Positions 53,828 to 64,000 of a stretch of 64,000 bases of DNA are shown in pieces (position 1 is the first letter of the stretch; the number at the start of each line of letters is the position of its first letter). Origin of the DNA: Macrostomum lignano. Lineage: Eukaryota. The DNA lies in the NCBI GenBank assembly GCA_002269645.1, contig NIVC01000166.1, forward strand, positions 124,001 to 188,000, written 5' to 3'. The position numbers and the translations under genes were made by a program. Below the pieces are notes generated by a model that had not been told where the DNA came from, ran no database searches, and saw only the letters and a program-made list of their open reading frames with translations.

Positions 53828-56800
53828 TTAGTGTCTGCTTCCCCACTGCTGGAGCAGGTCGGACACTTGACAGGTCCGGTACCTGACAGGCGGGCGGATG
53901 GGGCGTCCGTACCTGGATCTGGGTACGTCAGCCGGGGCTGGTGGCTCAGCTGCTTGCGCAGCGACTGGATTCGCAGCAATCTCAGGTGGTTCTAATTGCT
54001 CGGAGGAAGGGTCCCCCAAGGAAGCCGTGTACAGCGACTCTGAGCTGTCTTGGCTGTGGCTGGTGTCAGTGTCTGTGCTGTCAGTGTCAGTGTCTGGTTG
54101 TGGCTGTCCCTCAATAACTACAGCATCGCCAGCTTCGGCGAATGGTTGGCCTTCTCCCGCTTCAGCTCCCGCCCCCTCCTCAAAGGCGCCTGAAGCTGGC
54201 GGTGGTGGATTTGGCCCTGGCGCTCTGCGTGGGCTCTCTGGCCGGGCAGAGGAAGGCTGGGGAATGGTGACGAGGCTAAGCTCGCTCGCGGGTCCGCTGG
54301 GCGGGTTCACACTAGGCGCTGGAGACCTGGCATGGGTGGCCTCACCATACCGGTCAACTACGTCTTGGTAAGTGGGCTGTCTGATGCACGGTTTGAGGCG
54401 GTCAATGTTGTAAATGTTATGGCGCGGATTTGGCACCCGATCTGCTGGGTTTAGGAGACCATACTCGGGACTAAACGGTAAGTCCGCTCGGAGCAGCGCT
54501 GCACTACTCGGTATGGCCCCAACCACACAGCGGGTTCTATGCCCTTGTGGTTCGGGTTCAAGACCCAGACTAACTCTCCCTCGTGGAACTCAGCGCGGAG
54601 GGCGCGGCGGTCGTAATACCTTTTCTGCCTCTCCTGGGCTTTACCCCTAGTGCGGCGGGCTAGGGCAGAGGTTTCGACTAGCGTGCGGTGCAACTGGTGG
54701 GCGTACCTCTCCGGCTGGTAGTGTTCATTTGGCGGTGGATTGTGACAGAGGTCGAGCGGTAGTTCGAACTCACGCCCGAAGAAAAGTTTGGCTGGAGTAA
54801 ATCCGGTGGATTCGGCGACTGTGGCACGGATTGACAGGGCGGCCAGGCGGCTGGCAAGGGGCCAGTCGCATTGTCTCTCAAGACAGATGGCTCTAATCTG
54901 GGCTTTCACCGTCTGGATCATCCTCTCAGCTTTACCGTTAGCCTGAGGGCGACGGGCTGTGATCCGACCCATGTCAATCTGTAGGAGCCTAGTTAATTCT
55001 ATCATGGTACTATTGATGAAGGCAGTTCCGTTATCAGACACCAGCTGCTCCATCACCCCATACCTGGCAACCCATTCAGTCAGGATGGTTGTGGCAGTGG
55101 TCTCTGCGCTGACGTCGGGAACAGGGACTACTTCAACAAACCCGGTGAACCTGTCGATCATAACCAGCAGGTACTTGTACCCGTCACACTCTTCGAACGG
55201 GCCTGCGTGGTCCACGTGGACAACCTGGTTCGGGTAGCCGGACAGTTCTGGTTGCATAGGGGCCTTGAGCTTACGCTTTGACTTCTTAGTCTTAGCGCAA
55301 ACGGTGCATTCGGCCAGGACCCCCTTGACTATAGTATCTAAGTCGGAAATAACGAAGCGCGCCTTCAGGGCGGCCATCGTCTTGGTGATACCGCAATGGT
55401 TCAACTGGCCATGATACTGAAGGACCAGATGACCGACGTCTGCGGTCTCAGGCACCACCAGGCGCCTGTTGGCAGTCTTGGCTTTGGAGGATTTGGCTAA
55501 GTACAATAGACCCTCGACTACTTCAAGGTCATTGAATTGAGCCCAGAGTGAGCGCATTTCCCGGCTACAACCCTGCAGTTCGGCCTTGGACAATGGCTCA
55601 GTCTTACACTGGACACTGGCGATTAGGCGCGCCATGTCAACACAGGAGTCCTGGGCATTCTGGGCCCAGATGAGCTCAGGTGGCACTTGGGATTCGGTTT
55701 CAGGTTGACGGGATTCAGTCTCTGGGCTAGGAACAGCACCGCTAGCAGTAGCGCGGACATTCGGCGTTGGTTCAGCCGGGGCATCTGTGTCAGTCTGACA
55801 CGCTACGCTAATGCCTATGGTCTGGACGCACACCTGACGCAGTTCTCTAGAGGGGGGCGTACGCCGGTGCTTTGGGTCTTGGTCCAGGAATTTCCCTTTA
55901 AATTCCGGAATCTGGCTGCACGTCGGGCAGTCAAAGTGATCGGCTCTGAATTTTGGCAGTCTACTAAGAGCGTCAGCAGGCACGTGGTCAACGCCTGGAC
56001 GGTACTGGACTGTGAAATCGTATTCGGCTATTCGTTCTAGAGTGGACTGCTGGACCTTCAGCGGGTACAGTTCAATGGTGGCAAGCCATTGGGCCAGCAT
56101 ACCAGTGGCATGCTTCTTAGAATGCAGCCATTTGAGCGCGGCCGCGTCCACCCGGACAGTGAAAGGCTTGTCTAATAGATAAGGACGGAAATGCTCGAGC
56201 ATCAGAACGAGCCCTAGCAACTCCCTCATGGTGGCGCAGTAGTTTCTCTGGCTACTGTTGAATTTTTTGGATGCGTAAGCTATAACTTGCTCTTGGCCAT
56301 CTGGCCCGAGCTGGTACAGCACACCCCCAGTGCCGTCAAGCGAGCTATCGCAGTCCAAAATAAATTCGCGCCCTTTGGCAGAGAGGTCTGGATACGCCAG
56401 AATCGGTGGTGAACAGAGGCTATGTTTGAGTTCTTGGAAAGCCCGTTCATGATGCGGTTGCCATAGAAACGGAGCATCCTTTTTGGCTAAGGCATACAAA
56501 GGCGTGGCGATGATTGAGAATCGCGGCACGAATTTCCGGTAATAATTCGCAAACCCAAGAATGATAGAAGCTGTTTCTTAGAAAGCGGTTTAGGCCAGTC
56601 TTGGACAGCCTGAGTCTTCGCTGGGTCAGCCTCAATGCCCCGGCTAGACACAACGAACCCCAGGAATGCGACCTTGTCCTTAAACAGCTCACACTTAGAC
56701 GGCTTAATTTTGAGACCGGCTTTTCTAAGCTGCCAGAGGACCAGCGCGAGATGCGCGATCATTTGGTCGTTGTTGACAGCCTTAATGATAATGTCGTCTA

Positions 56801-58312
56801 AATAGATGAGGCTGACCTTCATCAGGAGAGGTCTAAACACCTTGTGCATCAGTTTCGCGAAATTGGCAGGTGCCGTCTTGATCCCGAATGGTACTACCTT
56901 CCAGCGGAAGGTGCCTTGGGGGCAGGCAAAGGCGGTGTAATCTCTAGCCTCCTCTTTGATCCCTACCTGCCAGTACGCGGAGGTCAGGTCAAGGCTAGAG
57001 AATACAGTGGCCCCGGCAAGGCTGTCAAAAGATTCTTCTATGAGTGGCAGAGGGAAGCTACACGGCTTGATGAGCTTATTGACGGCCCTATAGTCTATGC
57101 AAAGGCGTTGAGTGCCGTCCTTCTTCTTGACCAGAACGATAGGCGACACCCAGTCAGAGTCACACTCCTCAATGACCCCCTGTTCGAGCATCTGCGCTAT
57201 GTTCTGGTCTAAGAATTCTTTTTGTGCTGGCGTGGTGCGCCTGTATGGTTGCGCAACAGGCTTGGCCTTAGGATCTATTAACTCTATGCCCATCTCGTGT
57301 AAATTGGTGTGGCCTAAATCTGCGTTTGATCTAGAAATTTGGCTATTGAAGTAGTTGAGCAGTTTCAAAACGGTGGCGAGTTGGCCCCTAGACAATTTGG
57401 CTTGGTCTAGTTGGAACTGCGTTGTCAGCCATTTGGCTAACTCCCTACTGGCGGCGGCAGCTTACTGAGTTGGCTGGTGAGGTTAGCTACATTGTCCAGG
57501 CTAAAGTCAGACTCCTTCAGGGTCGTCTGAGCTATGACCTCATGACTATCTAATTCCTGGAATGAGGCAATTTCTTGCCCCCTAGTTATCTGAATAGGCT
57601 GTTCCCCACTGTTGAGCACGCGCACTAGTATGTGGTTAGTATCGCTAACTGAGTCTAGAGTCTTGGCTACCAACTGTTCGGTCTCTGGTCCGAGGATCCG
57701 GGACATGACTATACCGGAGGTGTACGGCGAAGAGTCGAGGACACGACTGGGGATCAAGGTTTCCGAGTGCGGGGGCAATTCTACCGTGCCGGCGGCCATC
57801 ACTCGTCGGAGTTGGAAAATCCCCTTGTCCCCCTCAATGACTGGTACCGACACCCCTGCTACTAAAGCTCGGCCAGAGTTGAAGTCTAGCAGCATCTCGA
57901 AGCTGCGCAGGAAATCCATGCCTAACAGGGCTTCCGTGGTACAGTAAGCAGTGACTAGGAATACATGTTGTTTAGTCGTATTACCTAAGTTGATTTCGCA
58001 GCGTAGCGACCCTAGGATGTCTACCTGAGAGCCGCCGAAGGCGGTGGCACGCTGCTTATTGGCACTAGGCGTGAATATGTTATTGACGGGGTCAGCTGCG
58101 ACCAGTTTGGCTTTCACGTCAGCACCCATGATGCTGGCATTGGCGCCTGAGTCTAGACAGGCCAGAACTTTAGAGTCTCCTACTCCTAGCTGCACGAAAC
58201 GACCAGCGACGACTCGCGGCGACGAGCGAAGACCGGCCGAGCAGTCAGGACCCCTGGGCCTGACGTGGCACAGGCTCTCGTAGCCTTGCGGACCGAACCT
58301 CAGGCGTGGCAC
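53828..58312 (-). pseudogene. pol: Gypsy pol (aspartic protease, RT, RNase H, integrase with GPY/F) broken by about three frameshifts
   Basis: LDSGA (protease), YLDD (RT), DCDSS…ELLG…DAAAL (RNase H), H..H..C..C and VDHAG/SDNG/AER (integrase), WLGPY. Frames change near 57430, 56570 and 54480. Confidence 0.92.
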
Positions 58313-58418
58313 AGACTCTCGCAGCCTTGCGGACCGAACCTCAGGCGTGGCACAGGCTCTCGTAGCCTTGCGGACCGAACCTCAGGCGTGGCACAGGCTC
58401 TCGCAGCCTTGCGGACCG
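58264..58418. repeat. 41-bp tandem repeat x4 where gag would be
   Basis: CGTGGC recurs at 58264, 58305, 58346 and 58387. Confidence 0.85.
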
Positions 58419-58607
58419 TCAGGCAGAAACGTGGCAGGCCGGCACTCAGTCACGAGCCGGCAGAGCTGAGCAGAATCTTGCTGACGCTTGGTTGCGAGCT
58501 GGCAGGGCTGAGCAGAAGTCTTGATGGCGCTGATTACGAGCTGGCAGGGCTGAGCAGAAGTCTTGATGGCACTGACTTAGTTGCGAGCCGGCAGTGCTGA
58601 GTAGGAG

Positions 58608-58624
58608 TCTCGGTGGGACCTCCA
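58608..58624 (-). promoter_or_regulatory. Primer-binding site complementary to the tRNA-Gln 3' end
   Basis: Minus strand TGGAGGTCCCACCGAGA, 6 nt from the 5' LTR. The plus strand TCTCGGTGGGACCTCCA matches the known metazoan tRNA-Gln 3' end. Confidence 0.85.
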
Positions 58625-58630
58625 AAATTA

Positions 58631-59459
58631 TGTCACGTTATTGGCGTAGCGGCCAGCTATGCGGTGACCCTTAAAAGGGCCGTTTTAGTCCCAAAATAAG
58701 TTGAAGTCAATTCTTGTAAAGCGGATTTTGTAGCGGAGCACTTGGCGATAAAGGCAGGAACTGCCGTAGTTGTCTTTATTGTTAATATCAGTATTAAGTT
58801 TGGTTGTTACTGGCAATAAACAGACTATAGCTTTCTGGGCACTGGTGGCTGCAGCAATGGGTTGAATATAATTTGGATATGAAGTCAAGTGGCAGGCGAA
58901 TGACACAATGGCGACGTGACGTGAGCAGTGGCTATGATCACAGTGAATGCAGTGAAACGTAGTGGTGAGTTGGCGTCGGTCGTGGCGTGAAACAGTCAAG
59001 TAAGTGTGTGAGCAGGCTGGCCCAGACAGAAGGGCCGTGGTGAGAAATAAGGAGGCTCGAGGCAGCCAGACAAACAGATAAGACAACTAAGAGGCCGCAG
59101 GGAAGGAAACAAGGGACAGGTGGAGGAGAGACGAAAAAGGGGTGAGGGGTGCCCGCCGCCAGGCGGGGGGTTTAATAAAAGAGCGCAGAGGGGGTAGCGC
59201 GAGCACGAGTGATTTCATTGGCTGGCGAGAGAACTTAAAATTATCGATCGTGCCAATTTTATACGGTTGCGAGAGAGGATAGCAAAATATACAATGAATT
59301 ATAAATTGCCACAAAATCGTTGGGCACTACTACAAGTAAACGTCGCAATAAACGAATGGAAAAGTTTAGTTGAAACGGTGAAACTGAAGGGTTGAATGAC
59401 TATGGAGAACAGCAGTCCAACGGCCCTTTTCGGGACCACCTTAAACTGACAACGTCACA
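58631..59459 (-). repeat. 5' LTR (829 bp)
   Basis: TG…CA, adjacent to the PBS. Confidence 0.95.
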
Positions 59460-59489
59460 AACGTGTGTCATTTTTTGTTCTATTTTTAG

Positions 59490-59814
59490 TAACAGAAAAA
59501 GACCCTTCGCGCCTGCGGCGCGTGCGAGGGGTTATAGAGAATTGGAAGTGTTAGAAGTGTTGGGTGCGCTACAAAATTGCCAGCAAACCAAAGCGAACGA
59601 CGAGAGCGTATTCTCATAATTCAATGGGAATTAATCGTTGTAAGTGTGAAATAGGGAGATTGACCGAAATGAAGCGAGGATGAGCGAAGCGAGTTGAGCG
59701 AAGTGAAGACGAGCGATAATGAAGGGAAAACGAGTCATTTCACACTGATAAAGGGTAAAACTGATTGAATTATGAGAACGGTTTGCTGGCAATTTTGTAA
59801 CGTATATTACTACT
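59490..59814 (-). repeat. Right TIR of the Polinton (325 bp)
   Basis: Inverted copy of 34129-34453. Confidence 0.95.
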
Positions 59815-62800
59815 TTGATCTTCTCCTGGCTATTCCCCCTCGTGATGGCATTCGGGACCTTCGGTAACGCCTCGTGCATACTGGTGCTCCTGCGAAGACC
59901 AAAGTGCTTTCCTTTCTCTGTCCGGCTCAGCATGCTCAGCTGCTGCTTCGTGGACTTCCTGCTCGTCGCTGTGAAGTCCGTCACGCACTATTTGTCCCCA
60001 GTCGTCATGGGAACAATCCTAAACGTTAGCGACTATAGGAGGACCTCGAGCTTAGCCGTGTGCATCTTATACTACTGGCTAACCATCTGGCTTCTGCATG
60101 GTAGCTCGTTTTTCCGTCTGGGCCTCTGCTTTCACTCGCTTGCCGTGACTCTGGTCCCACTCAAGCAGGCCACGTTGCTATGCAAAAGGAACGTGGCACT
60201 GTACCAGCTGCTACTGCTGCTGCTGAGTCTTATACCCTGCACCAGGATGTTCAGCACCTACTGGGTTGTTGAGTTACACAAATGCTTTTTCTATGAGGAC
60301 TGGATCGAGGTTTTCTACAGGATATTCACGGTGTTTGTAGGCCGAATCGTAGTGGTAGTGTGTCTGTTGGTGACCCTGCTGGTCATCTTGCTGGGCGTAA
60401 GGCGCACGCGGGACCACCTGCGCGGATCGGTGATCTCTGTCGGTAGTTCTCGCGCTGCTGGGCCTCAAACCAGGGCGGTGACCAGCATCTTTGTGATGAC
60501 TAGCGCCATTTTCTTTGTGTGTGAAATGCCGTACAGCATACTGAGAATGCTTCAGACGCTGGAGTTAGTCAATTGGACAAGGATGCTCAGCTACATTGCT
60601 CTTCCGCTGAATGGTCTGATGTACGTAAACCCGGCCCTGAACTGGCTGCCCTGCCTGATTGGAGCAAAGTTCCGGCTCGAATACATGAAGATGTTCTGCT
60701 GCTTGTGCTGCCGGTCTCAAGACAGGTCCAGATTCGACGACATGTCAAATATACAGCGGTCAAATCAGCAGAGAGCAACCACTAGTACCTAAGCGATGCA
60801 GTCTGCCTGATGAGATAAATAGGAATCTAACTTGGTTCCGACAAAAACAAGTATAAAAAAATCTAAAAGCCCTCTGAATTTAAGAGGTCCCACATTGTCA
60901 ACTCATCAATCACTCTGTCCACAACACTATAGCTACAATTTAGCTTTTCAAGCCAGCTGCCACGTAATCCAAACAAGACTGTTAGAAATTGAAATATCCC
61001 TTTATCACCTTCCTATAATCTTATTTTGTTTTCTTCGTTTTTTCGAACACGAAGCACTATTTAAAACTATACAGTCTCAATCTATTTAAAACTATTACAG
61101 GCTTAATTGCTTTGTGTATGCACGTAAAACTTTGCAAACGTTATCTACTTAGCTTGAAAGCAGCTGTATCCATTAAAACGCTTGCTTGAAATCAAGACGT
61201 AAATAACGATCACGGTATACAGTGAACTTTTTTAAATAGCTAACCTGATAAAAGACGCTGAATGTCGAAATATGTCCTTAATAGATGTTTTTCGTGTAAA
61301 ATACATAATGTAAACTGAGAATTAAAACCTAAAAAACTTGCACTTTCCAGATTTAAGTGAGAAAAATCAAGCACATTCAGCAAAATTGACTCATCATTCT
61401 TTGCGATAGTTTCTTCTCGGGCTGGTATGAGCTAAAAGATCGCATAATGAAGTTGCAACTTGTTTTTTTCTACTACTTTTAGTAAGAAACGGAGCATCTA
61501 GGCAATTGCATTATCTCATCTCATCTAAAAATTTTAAAATTGTTTTTGGGCTTTGGAAGAACCAGTAAACTTAGAACTTTTTATGCGAAGTATAATGCAA
61601 AATTAGGAAAAATAAAAGAACAAATCCTTGTACTCGTATATTTCTGGTATTGTACATTTGTTAGTTTGCAACCGGAATGCTAACTAAATGAAGACTGCTC
61701 AGAGAAGGCTCACTCGAACCCCAGTCAAAGGACGCCTTAAATTACACGTCAAGAAAAGATCATTCTTCATTTGATGGCGGTTGAACCCGTCCTTAAAAAT
61801 GCATTTTCTTAGAGATTTAGAACAAGATTTTTTTATCGTTTCGTAATTTTGAGTCATGTCTGTCTTAGTAGACTTCTTTTCAATTTTACAGTTGCAGTAA
61901 ATTTTATTGGGGTTTTACTTCACGTGCCATCATCATTTGTGATTGCGTAACAATGAGAGGTCGTTGAGCACTTTAATGTATCCAATGAAGTTCCTTATTT
62001 ACTCCAGTTGCTGAATATGGTAAGTGACAGAAATTGTTGAAACGAAATCAAATTCAATGCTTTATTTTTGTTTAACAGAATGCTGCACTGACTTCACAAA
62101 CGATTGAACTTCTTCAACTTTTCATAGGCTCGACTAGGAGAGGGGGCTGTTCCAGTAAAATATCCTGTAAAATGCTATAATTCCATAACACTTAAAAAAA
62201 GAAGAAAATACTTTTTCTTGGCTCTTTACTTGTCAACACACGGAGTAGACGACGTTCAGATAGGTAGCAAATGTGGAAACCTTGCAGTCGAAGTAGCCAT
62301 GATGACCCACTCCATTTTTATACATTAATCAGCTGTCAACTCCTCAAGCTGTCTTTCATTACGGCTGTGGCTAAATTCAAATCAAGCAGGAAATGGAAAT
62401 GCATAGCCAATGAACGCAGAGTTGAGGTGAATAGCTTCTACGGACTGGCTGAGACTGGACTGGTCCAGTGATGAAAAAATGTTTTATATGAAGAATATAA
62501 AAACATACCTGCCTACCGACAGACCATTTTTAGTATACGGAAGTAGCGGATATCATATTAAGATGCTCGGTATCTGAAACAGAATCTAAACAGCTATTTG
62601 AAAACCTCGAAAATATGGTGGTGAGTAAATTCTGCGGGGCCTGGCGCTTCTTCTTAAAACCGGGCAGAATAATTTACGATTTCATCCTTTTAAAAGCTCT
62701 TCAGCCTGAATAATGACGTGGGTAAAAATTCAAAGAATAATTTCTCACATCCCTCGAAGTATAGGAATAAGATAAAATTTTAATAATCACAGGATGGCTG

Positions 62801-62939
62801 TAAGCCACCCTGATGCCACGCCTAAGACGACAAAATCCCACAACCATCGCTGAGGGAACTCTGCCTATTCCGCTGTCTTCTGAGCACATACAGTCGCGCT
62901 AATGCGACTGTATTCATCATCAATTAGAATTTAATATCC

Positions 62940-64000
62940 TCCATTGACTAGACCTCCGCATCCTCATTAACTCGACCTCCGCATCCTCATCAACTAGACC
63001 TCCGCATCCTCATCAACTAGTCAGCATCCTTCATTAACTAGACCTCACCATCCTCATCAACTAGACCTCATCATCCTCATCAACTGGTCAGCATCCTCAT
63101 CAACTGGACCTCCGCATCCTCATTAACTAGACCTCCGCATCCTCATCAACTAGTCAGCATCCTTCATCAACTAGACCTCACCATCCTCATCAACTAGACC
63201 TCATCATCCTCATTAACTAGACCTCCGCATCCTCATCAACTAGACCTCCGCATCCTCATTAACTAGACCTCCGCATCCTCATCAACTAGACCTCCGCATC
63301 CTCATTAACTAGACCTCCGCATCCTCATCAACTAGACCTCCGCATCCTCATTAACTAGACCTCCGCATCCTCATCAACTAGACCTCCGCATCCTCATTAA
63401 CTAGACCTCCGCATCCTCATCAACTAGACCTCCGCATCCTCATTAACTAGACCTCCGCATCCTCATCAACTAGTCAGCATCCTTCATCAACTAGACCTCA
63501 CCATCCTCATCAACTAGACCTCATCATCCTCATTAACTAGACCTCCGCATCCTCATCAACTAGACCTCCGCATCCTCATTAACTAGACCTCCGCATCCTC
63601 ATCAACTAGACCTCCGCATCCTCATTAACTAGACCTCCGCATCCTCATCAACTAGACCTCCGCATCCTCATTAACTAGACCTCCGCATCCTCATCAACTA
63701 GACCTCCGCATCCTCATTAACTAGACCTCCGCATCCTCATTAACTAGACCTCCGCATCCTCATCAATTAGTCAGCATCCTTCATCAACTAGACCTCACCA
63801 TCCTCATCAACTAGACCTCATCATCCTCATTAACTAGACCTCCGCATCCTCATCAACTAGACCTCATCATCCTCATTAACTAGACCTCCGCATCCTCATC
63901 AACTTGACGCTCAGCATCCTTCATCAACTAGACCTCATTATATCCTCATCGACTAGTCAGCGGCCAGCATCTTTCATCAACTAGACCTCAGCATCTTTAT
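62940..64000. repeat. 23-bp satellite (CTAGACCTCCGCATCCTCAT(C/T)AA) with variant units and higher-order pattern; runs off the window end
   Basis: Direct tandem repetition, with alternating CATCAA/CATTAA units and recurring CTAGTCAGCATCCTTCATCAA variants. Confidence 0.95.

Larger units (their letters stand above)
50860..59459 (-). mobile_element. Gypsy/Ty3 LTR retrotransposon, 8600 bp, defective (no gag, frameshifted pol)
   Basis: LTRs at 50860-51689 and 58631-59459; 4-bp TSD AACG (50856-59, 59460-63); domain order PR-RT-RH-IN. Confidence 0.96.
34129..59814. mobile_element. Polinton/Maverick (adintovirus-type endogenous virus), ~17.1 kb excluding the nested Gypsy
   Basis: Termini AGTAGT…ACTACT, 325-bp TIRs and 6-bp TSD TTGATC (34123-28, 59815-20). 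Encodes pPolB, rve integrase, ATPase, protease, major and minor capsid proteins and PLA2. AT-rich relative to the flanks. Confidence 0.97.
33982..60792 (+). pseudogene. GPCR paralog interrupted by the Polinton insertion (ATG 33982-84; exon 2 = 34063-34128 + 59821-60792)
   Basis: Removing 34129-59820 restores a sequence nearly identical to 26546 onward through TM5, with an open frame. Confidence 0.92.

Noticed and set aside
62940-64000. Hammerhead-bearing satellite (TTGATGAG on the minus strand)
   Set aside because: The CUGAUGA core is not exact and there is no GAAA partner or stems.

Overview
Animal (invertebrate-like) nuclear DNA with short spliceosomal introns and heavy nesting of mobile elements. 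(1) 1-2435: the 3' end of a Gypsy element whose LTR abuts a Polinton-type terminal repeat. (2) 4325-16261: two head-to-head 8-exon paralogs. Hand splicing joins the separate ORFs into single ~1080-aa proteins with the architecture (pseudo)kinase / pseudo-caspase / 6x ankyrin / intact caspase. (3) A 5'-truncated RT+RNase H non-LTR element, a decayed piggyBac, several MITEs and minisatellites. (4) A cluster of three class-A GPCR genes. The third is split by a young, nearly complete ~17-kb Polinton/adintovirus-type endogenous virus (34129-59814, 325-bp TIRs, 6-bp TSD). (5) The virus carries a group I (IC1-like) self-splicing intron in its PLA2-integrase ORF, next to a PD-(D/E)XK nuclease gene. 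It also has GNA-triloop mini-hairpins at gene ends and is itself interrupted by an 8.6-kb Gag-less Gypsy element. (6) That Gypsy family carries antisense, codon-conserved repeats of the Tudor-domain signature motif. The window ends in a 23-bp satellite. All coordinates and splice models were derived by hand; no searches were run.
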